64,000 nucleotides of DNA from assembly GCF_026571515.1 (NCBI RefSeq), contig NW_026859592.1, forward strand, positions 124,001 through 188,000. Direction: 5' to 3'. Positions 1-13,100 of the stretch are shown piece by piece. Each line of letters begins with the position of its first letter. Position 1 is the stretch's first letter. The position numbers were made by a program, and so were the translations under genes. The notes beneath the pieces were generated by a model. It saw nothing but the letters and a program-made list of their open reading frames with translations. It was not told the origin of the DNA and searched no databases. This stretch comes from Ruditapes philippinarum. Taxonomy: Eukaryota.

Positions 1-3000
1 AATTCTTCCTCAGTGTTATCAATTGGTTGATGGACTTGTGGTGGGTCTGGTGTAAGTTGGGAGAGTACCATTGGAGTAGCTATTACAACAGGACCATCAG
101 AAATTATCTGCAAATGTATCTCTGGTAAGTTCACTAAGCCAACATCTGAAGGAACTTCAATAGATGACTCCATATCAAAACCAGATAAAGGATTAGTGTC
201 AAAGAAAGACCTTTGTTGCATGTGAGGAGACGTGATATTTGGAAATGGTGCCATTACTTCATCTAATGGAGACAAAACCCCTGCATGTTCTTTCATTTGT
301 TCTTGCATCATTTCTTTCATTTCATTGGACATGTTCTGATGTGATGCTAGTCCTAAACAACTCTCATTAACATCCATCTCTTCCAACATTTGTGGTAGCA
401 GTGTTCCTATACTAGATTGGCTACTATTAAGCTCACCATTTGATTGGCTTATTTCGTGAAATGGAAAATCAGCTGATTGGCTGCTTTCTGACCTCATTAG
501 CACAGATGATTGGCTGCTTTGATGGGAAGACCTTCCACTGTAATTTCTCAAATCTGATAGGCTCCTATCATTTGAAGATCTAATTACATGTGATCCTTGA
601 CCTTGGGGTATAAAATTTGCTCTACTTGACCTGCACTCTGCATCAGATTCCTCAAATGATGAACCAAGACTAGTAACCCGAACAGATGTCTTGTAAGAGG
701 AATCAAATGATGTCTGTCTAGTGAGAACAGGGGTCGTGTTAGACTTTCTTAATGCTCCAGATCTATCTGTTGTAACACCAGCTGAGGCACCAATACCTGT
801 TGCTGATTCATAAGAAGACCCATGGTACAGACTTGATATGGAAGAACTGGATTCAAAACTACTGGAATGTTCCAGGAAGCCTCCAGGTGAGGTCACAGCA
901 GATACCGGTGATTGAGGCAAGGATGATGCAGCAGGCATAGTCTGACTTCTAAGAATAGTTGGTCGTTCTGTTGTTATTTTGCGATCTTCGTTTCTTGAAG
1001 ATTTATGCTGAAACACCAGAGGTTCATGTTCTGGTACATTATCATAAGTCTCTATTTCCTTTTTCTTAGACTTTGCAGATGCTTTTTCAACATTTGCTTG
1101 CGTTAGATTAGAGGTTCCTTTACGAGTTATGGAAGGCCTCTCTATCACAACAGTATCAGTGCCTGTACTTACTTCAGGTTCTGTATGGGAAGACAACTGT
1201 TCTGTGGAGTCAGAAGCATTTCCAGAGAGACGTATTGAATCACCAGTTGGAGCTAGACATTTTTTCCAATTATCATTAAAAACAGCCATGTCTATTTCAT
1301 TAAAACTGTCATTAAGACCTGCAAGGTCTTCCCAGCGAGGCTGCTTATGCTCAGGAGATAAAGGACTTGAGACCAGACTACCACTTTTACGCTGTTCAAA
1401 TTTCAATTGAGGTATTAAAGAACGCCTATCATGTTGAGGACTTTCTGAGGTTTTCTTTCCCGATCTTGGACTCTGGTTGTATTTTTTATTATCTCTTTGT
1501 GGACTAGAACCTCCATATTGAAAACTTTTTTGTCTTGCCCCAGTTTGAGGACTTGCCTCAGAACTACTGAAAGACTGGTTGTGTTTTTGTTGTGATCTAG
1601 GACTGCTTTCAACACTACTGAATGACTGGTTGTGTCTCTGTCTAGGACTTGCATCAGAACTACTTGTAGATTGACTTAATTTCTGTCTTGACTGTGGACT
1701 TCCCTCAGAACTGCTAAAAGACTGGTTAAGCCTTTGTCGGGATGGTGGACTGGCATCCACATTGCTTAGTGACTGGGTTTGCTTCTGTCTTGAATGTGGA
1801 CTGCCATCTGAACTACTGAAAGACTGGTTTTGTTTTTGGCGGGATGGTGGACTTGCTTCAATACTACTTAAAGACTGGCTCTGCTTCTGCCGTAAATGAG
1901 GGCTCCCATCAGTATTACCATAAGATTTGGGTAATTTCTGTCTTGAGGTAGGGCTAACATCTGCACTGCCTTTCATTTTTCCTCTTTGTTTTGACTGTGG
2001 ACTACTCTCCAAGCTGCTCAAAGACTGACTGTGTTTCTGTCTTGACTGAGGACTGGCTTCCAAGCTGCTTTGACTCTGGTTACGCGGTGGACGTGATGCA
2101 AGTGGGCTCGTTTCAGGACTACCAAAACTCCTATTAAGTCCGACACCACGATTTGAGCCTGGGCTAGCATCTGGGCTAGTCAAACTTGATCTACTAGACC
2201 GTGATCTTGGTACTGAACCTTCAAGTGGGCTTGCTACACTAGATCTTCCTGACCTGTCTCCATCAGGGAAGCCCTTGCTTCTAGCTCTCACTGGACTGTA
2301 CATCATACTCTGCTCAAATTGCTTAAGAGAATCAGGGTCAGACATCAGAATTTTCTGAAAATCTTCTTCACTTATTGTGCTTCCCATCTTTGTTGGCACA
2401 TTCCAGTATGGGCTGTGGTCATCTGCTTTTGTATTTTTTTTATTATTAGCAGAATCTGACTCTAAAAGACCAACCATTGGTTGAGAGGAAGTTGAAGGAG
2501 AAACAATATCTAAGGAAGCTGGAGGTGATGGTCTAGTCGGGGTTGTTGTTGTAGGTTCTCCAGGACATGTTGATCTCACTGGAGCCTTAATGACTTGTGG
2601 GGCATCTGCAATATGAATCTCAGCAGCAGGACGGTCAACAAACTTATTCTGATTAACTTGATCATCATCCATGTCTCTCATACTTCCAAATGACCTATGA
2701 CCTGTTGGAGTCACCAACATTTCGTCCTCAAAGGAGACAAGTTCTGAAGATAATTCTTCATTAGATCTTTCAGAGAGTGTTTGAGATGACTGAATATCAT
2801 GTAGAGACTGTGTCTTATGTTTTTCTTGCTTAAATGCTTGATCAATTTGTGCATTTATTTCCCTTAAAGTTCGACTAAGTGGAGATTCATCATGGAGACC
2901 ATCAAGAGAAGTACTACGTCTTCGCCTATCCAACCCATTGCCCTCACTATTAGGATAAATATTGTCTTGTGACATTGATAATTCACTGATTGTCATTGAG

Positions 3001-4162
3001 GACATTATATCTGAATGGCTGCCACTTACACTATGAATATTTTCCAAGGATTTCTGAATGTCCGACGGAATACTTATGCATTTCGACATTGGTTTTGAAC
3101 TGGAATAACTTTGCTGAATGTTTTGTAAATTGTGCTCAAGTTTTGAAATTTCACTTGCAAAATCACTTGACTGACTTTGTTTCAATTGGTCTTTAGAAGC
3201 ACTTGTTTTTGCATGTAATCCAACATTATTTTTGGAAGAATTTTTGGCAGGAAAATCTGTTTCAAGCACATTTTTACTTTCTCTATCACTAAGAGATTCT
3301 TTATCATGCACATTGTCAATACTTTCAACTGGATACCTCTTTTGTACACTATTTTGCACAGCACATTCAGAAGTTACAGGTGCACTTTTCCTGTTATCCG
3401 CTGCACTTTTACTAACATGTGATTCAGGATCATCCAAATCATCATCATTGATTTCTGCATAATCATGATAGCGCGAGAAAAAATACGGTGATTTAAACAG
3501 CAGAGAAACTTGTGTATTTGAGGGCGGATTTGTTGGCTCTTCACTTTTTGATTTACTCCAACGTTTCCGTCTGCTTCCTGGACTTTCAGGAAGTTGTTCT
3601 ATTAAATCAGTCCGTTTTTCATGTGAATCACAAGGAATATTTTCCTTCTCACTTCCACATCTACTCCTTCCTTTAAAACTACCACTACTCCTTTCAATTG
3701 AAGGACTTTTTTCCTTCCCATCTTTTAATTTCTTTCTATCTTTTGGTGGCGTTTTCGACCCTTTCCTTTTCTCAGGCCCATTATCCTCACCACTTCTACT
3801 CATTTCATTAGCACTTTCCGATGACAAACTATTAACCAAAAATCTTTCATTTTCTGAGTCCTGTCTCAGTATTTTTCCCGAAGACCCTTTTGGGGGTTTT
3901 GATGTCAAGGTCACTTCTAACGTAGGTTGAGATAATGATTTATCTGGATACTGCTGAAGAACTTCATCAACATCCCTACAACTGCTCCCATGTTCCCGAC
4001 CCTCGTGTCGTGGAGTAGTAGGAGCAGATGGTGTTCTTCGGTGACAAATGACTTTACGTTTCTGATCATTTCGTATAAAGGATTGTTTTCTCTGAACACC
4101 ATCAGGACTGTCAGAAGATTCTTTATCACCTTTACCAGCCTCATGTAAATGAATTTCTATAT
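1..4162 (-). CDS. ARHGAP32: Giant 3' coding exon (Ser/Gln/Pro-rich tail), open to window edge
   Basis: Acceptor tttcag|AT ATA GAA at 4163-4164. The same frame is open at every segment checked down to base 1 (IEIHLHEAGKG ... PIDNTEEE). Not in the ORF track, probably because no stop lies inside the window. Confidence 0.9.
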
Positions 4163-7100
4163 CTGAAAAAAAAACATTTAATGATTTAAAATAAAACAAG
4201 AATTTGTAACAGAGTTACCAACGTCCCCCGCCCCGGGAGTTTTATATGAAGCATAAAATTGTGCTATTTCAAAAGATTGAGGTATGGACCTCAGGACATT
4301 CAGTCCAAAATTATGATCAATGCTAGATCTGCAAATGTAACAATAAATTTGTTAAAAAAATAAAATGAAACACGGAATTTAAAAATCTATCATGTTAAGC
4401 TTTGACCTCTAAGTGTGAACTTGACCTTGGAGGTAGGGGAGCAGGTGTTGTGCATGATTATTATTGTGACTATTTGTGCCAAGTTATTTCAAAATCCCTT
4501 GAACTATGAAGAAGTTCTAGATTCAACACAAAATATACCCTATAACAGACTATGTTAATTTTTGACCTCTAAGTGTGACCTTGACCTTGGAGGTAGGGAT
4601 GCAGGTGTTGCGCATGACACATCCTCTTATTATAGTGACTATTTGTGCGAAGTATTTTCACAATCCTTTGATCTATGAAAAAATTATAGACCTGACACAA
4701 AATATACCATGTAACAGACTATGTAAGTATTTGACCTCCAAGTGTGACCTTGACCTTGGAGGTAGGTGACTGGTTTTTGCGCATGACACATCATCTGATT
4801 ATTGTTAACAATTATGGCAAGTATTTACAAAAGTCCTTCATAGATAAGAAAGTTATGGACTGGACACGACATATACCCTCAAATAGACAATGTTGACCTT
4901 GAATGAACAAGTACGACCTTGACCCTGAAGGTACGGGTCTGGTTGTTGCGCATGACACATCGTCTTATTATAACAAACATTTGTGCCAAGTTATCTCAAA
5001 TACCTTTGATAAATGACAAAGTTATGGACCGGACACGAAATATACCCTGTAACAGACTATGTTAATATTTGACCTCCAAGTGTGACCTTGACGTTGAAGG
5101 TAGGCAACTGGTTTTTGCTCATGACACATCGTCTGATTATTATGAACAATTATGGCAAGTATTTACAAAAACCCTTCATAGATAAGAAAGTTATGGACCG
5201 GACACGAAATATACCCTGTAACAGAATATTTTAATATTTGACCTCCAAGTGTGACCTTGACCTTGAAGGTAGGTGACTGCTTTTTCCGCACGACACATCG
5301 TCTGATAATTGTGAACAATTATGGCAAGTATTTACAAAATCCCTTCATAGATAAGAAAGTTATGGACCGGACACGAAATATACCCTGTAACAGACTATGT
5401 TAATATTTGACCTCCAAGTGTGACCTTGACCTTGAAGGTAGGTGACTGGTTTTTGCGCATGACACATCGTCTGATTATTGTGAACAATTATGGCAAGTAT
5501 TTACAAAATCCCTTCATAGATAAGAAAGTTATGGACCGGACACGACATATACCCTCAAATAGGCAATTTTAACCTTGAATGAGCAAGTGTGACCTTGACC
5601 CTGGAGGTAGGGTCTGGTTGTTGCGCATGACACATCGTCTTATTATAATAAACATTTGTGCCAAGTTATTTCAAATTCCTTTCATAAATGACAAAGTTAT
5701 GGACCGGACACGAAAGTGTGACGGACAGACAGACGGACGGACGGACCGACGGACAGACAGACGGACAGACGGACGGAGCCTATTTCTATATCCCCCTTTT
5801 TTCTTCGAAAAGGCGGGGGACAATAATTTATCATGCTACATATTTACAATACTATATTTCTTCCCCTAAACATTTTTAAAATAACATGTTCCTGTGTTAA
5901 CAAAAGACACTTTAACATTTTTGTGAAAATATCAAATTCAAAATACTTTGTATGATATCTGAAAGGCATTTCAGATTCTCACTACTTTCTAAATGAATAT
6001 TAAATACCAAAAGTAACTAAATTTTTTTTAAATCTTATATCAATAAACAGATCATCCAAATAGAAAAAAAGTCTGTAAACATTACAGAAAATGGATACTT
6101 TTCTTGCATATAAAGATTTCAATAAATTACAAAAGTTTTTGTTAATGTAATTCATACACAACTCACCGTTAGGGTTCACATCAATGGCCATTTCTCTATT
6201 ACCCTCGTCCTCGAGTACAAAACTAGGGTATGATATAGAGTATTCATGTGAGCTGGTCAAAGGTCGTGGTGACTCTACTGACATTGATCTGTACTTATTC
6301 GGGCTAGCATTCTCCTTATCTGTAATAACATACATATGTTGAATACATAAATTTTTACCACAATACTCAAACATCATATATTCATTTACAACTTCAAGTT
6401 TGTCATGCTAATTATAGATTTCAGTCATAAATAAATTCATATTAGAAATTGCTGGTCTTATTTTTCTCCACCAAGACTACAATCTTGTTAGATTTTACCA
6501 TAAATTAAGAAGTTTGGAGTGAAGAACAACACATTATAAACTTTTTACTTTCCTTTAGCATACTTGATGATTTCCTTACATGAAAAAAAATAAATTACTA
6601 TTTGCAACACATACCGATAAACAGACCAGTGATTGAAATCAGCTGCCATAATCATTTGAAAAAATAAGAGTAAGGTTACATCTAAATAATTTACCAGCAA
6701 GTATATGCATGAGCCTGTTGGGATCTAGACTTTCCGAGAGAGGGCTGCCAAGACGACTTGTGATTGGGAGCGAGAGCAATGACTCGGCACTTTTGGCGCT
6801 GCGTATACGCCTACGTTTCCAGTGTTGTACATCCTCCTCTGTGATCGCCTTCCTCTCACCAGCATCAAACGTAAGGGTGTCTATAATAATGGCAGAAAAA
6901 AATTGGATAAAGGAACAGTCTATACTACACCAGAAGTAATAAAGGCAAGTATAAAAGTTTTAACAACTTATTAAGCACCACTATCACAAAAACATTTATC
7001 AATTCGCCAACTAAATCAATAAATTTTTTTCCAAATTTCAAATCAATTGCAAGTTCAAAATTAAAATCAATGAATTAACAAAACTTGAATGTATGACATG

Positions 7101-10100
7101 TAAAGCACAATAATTTACCCTGTAGACTTGGTTTACGTCCCTTCTGTCGTATACTACCAGATCTTGACTTTGTAAACAGAGATTTGATTCCTCCAGGAGA
7201 TTTCTTTCCCTTTACCTCCTTTGCACCCTTTTTCCTACAAGAAAGATGATATTGTTTACAAATTATTCTACGAACAAATGTTTCCTGTCAAACACTTCGC
7301 AATGAGGTTTAATTCAGTCAATAGCAACGTAATTGTTACGGGTCTTGGATAGTGACCTACAAATGTGATTTTAAGTACAGATGTGAAGTTTCAAGTGAAT
7401 ACCTTCAGAGGGTTATTGAGGATATGAAGTTGCATGCAAATCTTAAATCAAGTGCCCAAAAAGGAAACATTAGCCTTATCTTTTGTTATCTGTTACTTAA
7501 TAATATATAAATATCACATATTTTGTAAACAACTTGTCAAACCAGTACATAGTGGCACCTACTCTTAAAATGTTTTCAAGTGCTTTAATATCTTTACGTT
7601 TTGAAAGCTGTTGAAAATAAAATTTATGAAGATTGCTTTAAAATTACAAATCTGATTTCATTTTCATGTAAGGATGGGAGTTAAATTTATGCTTGTCAAA
7701 TTACTATTACTTGATTTCTGGATGGTGATACTTGTTACCTATTAATCTCCTACAAATTTTTCATGTAAGACTTGTAACTTACTTGTATCCAGGTAGATCT
7801 AAAACAGTGTGATATTTAGATGGAAGATTGGATGGTCCACCACCAACATCTATGTACCGTTGGTCAGGTTTCACAAAACTACCTAACAGTGCCCTCTCTC
7901 TAGCTTCCTCTAAAGATAGCAGTCTTGTTGGCGTCGAGATAGCTAAAGATTTAGGTCTCGGCTTTTTATGAGTTTCTGCAGATATAAAAACAACATGTAA
8001 ATGTCTTTACTTAAACGGTACCACTCTAGTAAGCTATTCCGCATTAACATACATTATATATTACATAAGGGACATAATTTTCAACATTGTACAACTTAAT
8101 TGGACCACATTTATTTGGTTTTCTAAACTTTCTAATGAAAACACAAATCTGAGAATTACAGTTGTGATCTCTTTATTAACTTATTTTTCATCATACAAAT
8201 CTATGATTTACAATATTTAATTTTTTTTCTTTTTAAAAATTATCTCTTGATCAAGAAAACATATTCTTTCATGAAAATAATGAAATAATTAGGGTTATTA
8301 TTTAGCAAAGTACATACTTTTAAGTTCTGGTGAGGAATATGAGGGCATTTTATCACTGAAGATGATCTCAGCATAAAGAATGAGGAACTCTGTCACCACT
8401 GCCTGTATACCCACACCCTGTAGTGCAGCCGCCCCTCCCCCCGTCTCTAACTCCTTCGATCTAAAATATACAGGACAAAATAGCAAGTCTACTTCATTAT
8501 CAAACTATTAATCTGATTAAATATGTAAGAATTTTCTATTTAAAGAGAAGATCATAAGCATTAATTTTTTTCTTTAATGTATATCCCTATAATATTGTAC
8601 ATATGCATGTGGAACTATTTGCAACTAAAGCCTAATATAATGGTTATTTACATTAGTGTTTGTTTTGATAGGTCTTATGTCACATCAACACTGTAAAGGT
8701 CTTACAGTAACTTTCCAGCTTTACTTGTGAAGAAGATCTCACCCTTTGGTGCATTATTACAGGCAAACAAGAGGGTCTGATTAGAACAACTAACTGTCTG
8801 TAAGCAAGCTGTACAGCTTTCTCACATGAAAAATCCAAGGTCCCTGGTGGGATTCTACCCCACAACATAAGGGGCAAGTGATTTGAACTATTGATTGTAA
8901 AATAAATTGGGTTTTTTTTTTTGTTTTGTTTTTCTGATGTACTTACATTTCAAAACATAGCTTAAACAAATATCAAACCTTAATAAATTTGGTGCCCAGA
9001 CGATAGCAAGATTTTTTGAATGCATGCCAGTCTCATGCCCATGTGCTGCAACGCGAGCCAAGTGCCGCATCAAATATTCGGTGGTACGATAATGTGGGGG
9101 AGGTAACTGTTGTACAACATCGTGGATACGTAACAATTTGTTCTCCTCATCTTTTACTGCATTCTAAATAAAAATACAACATCCATTATTATATAGCAAC
9201 CAATAATACATTATCCCATAACCTGCTGATTTTGTGTAATGGGCTTGCCCAACTTTGATTTAGTCCATTAGAATTTTAAGGGAGATCATAAACAATATAT
9301 TAAAATTAAGCTTCTTACAGTTTAGAACCTGGTCAGAGGTTAATCACTTAGGATTCCAGCAGGTTAATGCTAAGTTATAATAATAGTTATATCAATCTAA
9401 CATTGTAACAAAATGTGGGAAATGAATAATATTCTGATCTAAACAACTCATACTAAGTTTAAAGCTTATAGTAAGCTGTAAGTTTCATCCAAGAAACATA
9501 ATCCAAGTTTCCTAAATGGAATGATGCTTTTAACAAACTGAGGGGTTATCTTTCTTGATGTATCTCCTCAAAACATTTCTATGACCATAGAACATTTAAG
9601 AAATGCAGAAAAGAAACTCATTTTTTCGAATTCATAGTTCATCAGACAGGTATTACTGTCAAACTTTCAGTTAATTGTTAACTCGTCATCAATAATTTCA
9701 CATATTTTTTATTAAGTTTTTCCTTTTTTAATACGTAATTTTACAAGAAACAGAATGAATGACTTACAGCAAATTTATCATACAATTGATATGTAAGTAA
9801 AGGGTTAGGTAATTCTCTGAAGTACATCTTGAGTAGAGAGGAAATACTGTGAACATCTTGTAAATATTCTTCTGATGTCAGGTCTGGTACACGATCTTCA
9901 TCAAATGCAAGTCTGTAAAACAACATGGATCTTACTATAGAGCATGATTTAAAAGAAAATGGGTAAAGACAACTTTTAGCAAAATAATTCTTCTTTTCCC
10001 CATAATATTTCCAACATAAACATTTTGATAATAAATATGTTTAAGTGGCGGCATGGCCAAGTGGTTAACGCATCAGTCTAGTAATCTCATGATTGCTAGC

Positions 10101-13100
10101 CACATGGGTTTAAACCCCGTCAGGGGCAAGTCATTGTTTCCTTGAGCAAGAAACTTTACACTCATTGCTCAGTACTGGTTGGTTCCAGGAACCGATTCGA
10201 AAGTGTGTCTATAAGCTTATAGCTTCCTGCATAAACTAAAATAAATTCTGTATAAACCAATAAATATGTTATTCAACTGTTTATTCAAAAATGCTTTAAT
10301 GCTTCACAGGTAGATTAAGACTTCATATGAAACCATAAAGCGACAAATACGCCAGGTGGAGTACAATAGGTTTGCCTATTTTGTGAACAGTGAAGCAAAA
10401 ATATATTTAGGTTTCAATATCTGATTTCTTCACAAAAAATAGCCTTTTTCTATAAAGTGAATGTTAACAAGCTGGTTATACTATTGTATACCTGAGTTTC
10501 TGTATGTTTGAGGTGATACCAGACAACCGGTATATACCGTCTACTAGACCCTGACTCTCTATAACATCAGCACAGCTCTTCAACACCAATGGTACTGAAA
10601 TACATCAATATACACATGTCATTCTCATAAATAAATATCTATCAAATACACACTCCTTTAAAACACTAGATATTACTATACAAGGAAGTTTTTATTAATT
10701 AAACAAGTAAGTAATATATTGGCAGATTAAGCAAAGTCCAAATTACATATATGTATATAACTATGAAATATATAGACATATTATACAATGGTATATGACA
10801 TATTTATAAATGAATTGAAAACACACCCATTATTTCTGTTTCTAACTCTTCTCCTAATGAGTTTTTAAAATGAACTTTTCCAGCTTCAATTCCAAGAACT
10901 ATTTATTATTATATCAAGATGGAACTTAGTCACCAAACAGTATAAGGTCCTATCAGACTAGATGAATACGCTGGAAGGCAAGGGTCTAACTTGATAGTAA
11001 ATGCTGTTTATTTCAGGGTCCCAGGATTAAAACATATAAAAACATCAACAGAGATAGATTACTTACCATCATGACCGGAGTTGAGTAAATGTTCTCCCAG
11101 ATCACACCCAAATACTCGCTCCCGCACAATACCAGACTGCTTCAGTTGTATACGTGCTGGACGAGTGTTAAAGAACAATCGGAGAAATGATATAAACTTC
11201 CCATGCTTCTTCAATACTGTAATAAAATAATGTTTTAGTTTCTTTTAAAAAAGAAGATAAACAATACAAAATAAGATATTTCAAAACAGTAACATAATAG
11301 TTATATACATTATACAAGTTATCATCAACAATGAAGAAATAATGTGGACACTGCTAAATTTTCTCTAGTCTATAAAGTAGGAAGAAACATTTCTGAACTG
11401 TGAAATTTTATAGGTAACATGTCCTGGAATAGACCATGGGTATATATTCATTACAATTCATATCTATGACATAATAGTATACTAATGGGTTAGACCCCAG
11501 GGTCTATACCATGAGATTGTCCATGATTATCTAATTTTGAGAAGAAGTCATTTCTAAAGTGGCCGCAACATAGATCTGATTGTATGGCATTTCTATCAAA
11601 TATTGCATTAAATGATCACTTACATCACAAATATACTTTGATCTGTCACAGAAATAAACAAATATCTGCTACACATCTATAACTAGGATAATTTAGTCAG
11701 AAATGGTCCCATTAGGTTAATTATTGTTTTGCATACACTGTAATTCCCAGTCTGTTCTTGTCTAGACAATGGTATTACCACAATGTTTATTGCTCTATTG
11801 CCTTTACCATAATCATATATAACAAATACAGTCAGTTTTAAGTACTTCCTGGCAGTAAGAGAAATACAACTGTCTCTAAACACATCAACATGAAACATTT
11901 TCTTCATAAACAGTCATTTATATAAATAGGTTTTCATCAATGAACAAACAGAGTAACCCTAGCTAAGCTTGTTGAAATTTTTGGATTTTTTGAATTTTCG
12001 TACAGCAGTACATGAAGGCGAAGTAAAAACAATAGTGTTCAACATACACAAGATACTGATTCAATATCAGTGAACACTTAACCCCTTACACTATATACAC
12101 GCCTTTTAACGCCTTTTTTCACCCCCACCTTTTTTGTTGTCTCAAACGGTGAAAAAATGCCTTATTTAGGCCCCCAACACTTGTTTTGGTTTGAGAAATG
12201 TTGTTTAAAAAAGTGACCAAAACCGAAAGATACATCAGGGGGTTGCCAGAAGGGGAGGTTTGAAGGGGGGCGCTAGTCCCCCTCATCGCCAAGAAAATTT
12301 TGGACTTGTGAGAGGCTAAAAATGTCCCCAGATCGATCATAAGGTAACGTGTAACCAACGCTGAAAAGCATTTGACTCTATCTCAATCCATTGAGAAGTT
12401 GCAGCACTTTGAAATCAATTTTGATGGAAAAATTCAACGCCAAATACTGATTTTTAGCAATTTTGAAATGTCCCCTCATTGCCATGGTAACAGGAAATTT
12501 AAGCCTGAGCATGTTGTTGCAAAGGCAATGGTCCAGTCAACATTTGTGCCAAGTTTGATTAGTATTGAAGCAGTTTTTATAGTTTTATAGCAATTTGAAC
12601 TTGTAACGGGAGACTTTTCAATGAAAACAGCCATTTTTCACAAAATGTTCATGAAGTAATGGGTTAAACTGCTGAATAAGTGTAATAAATTAGCCCTGCT
12701 TTGAATCTAAAGTTTAATGAATTCAATTAATATACCAACAGTATAGAGCCAAGTCAGACTGCACATATATAATGACTGGCCTGGTTCTATACTGGTGGTA
12801 AACCCTAATTACTTTCTATTCCATCATGTTAATTGTTAAGCTTATCGTTCAACCAGAGTATTGTAATAAACTAGTAATTTACACTTACATGCCCTATTCT
12901 GTGGTGTTTCTGGTATACCACTAACTACAGCATGGGGAACCTTGTTGTCTATCACTTCAACACATTCATATGGAAAGAAACCAACCTGCAAATAATAATT
13001 ATAAGCTTGTATATAACTTCTTACAAATATAATACAACATAACTGGCTACAGGTAAAGACAATGAAATCTCTGATAATGATACATTCTCCCGGAAACTGT

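Noticed and set aside
1129-4144. Short ORFs on both strands in the first 4 kb
   Set aside because: They are shadow frames of the giant RhoGAP exon.
10044-10128. tRNA gene
   Set aside because: The tRNA-like head is degenerate, continues into a SINE body and is flanked by a 12-bp TSD.
11624-11676. ATG frame ending at gtaagt (MCSRYLFISV...)
   Set aside because: Phase 2 does not fit the next acceptor (phase 1); kept as an example of the chance background.
12119-12590. ORFs repeated at 47058-48160 as a small gene family
   Set aside because: They lie inside piggyBac-like MITE copies, have no transposase motifs and are too short.
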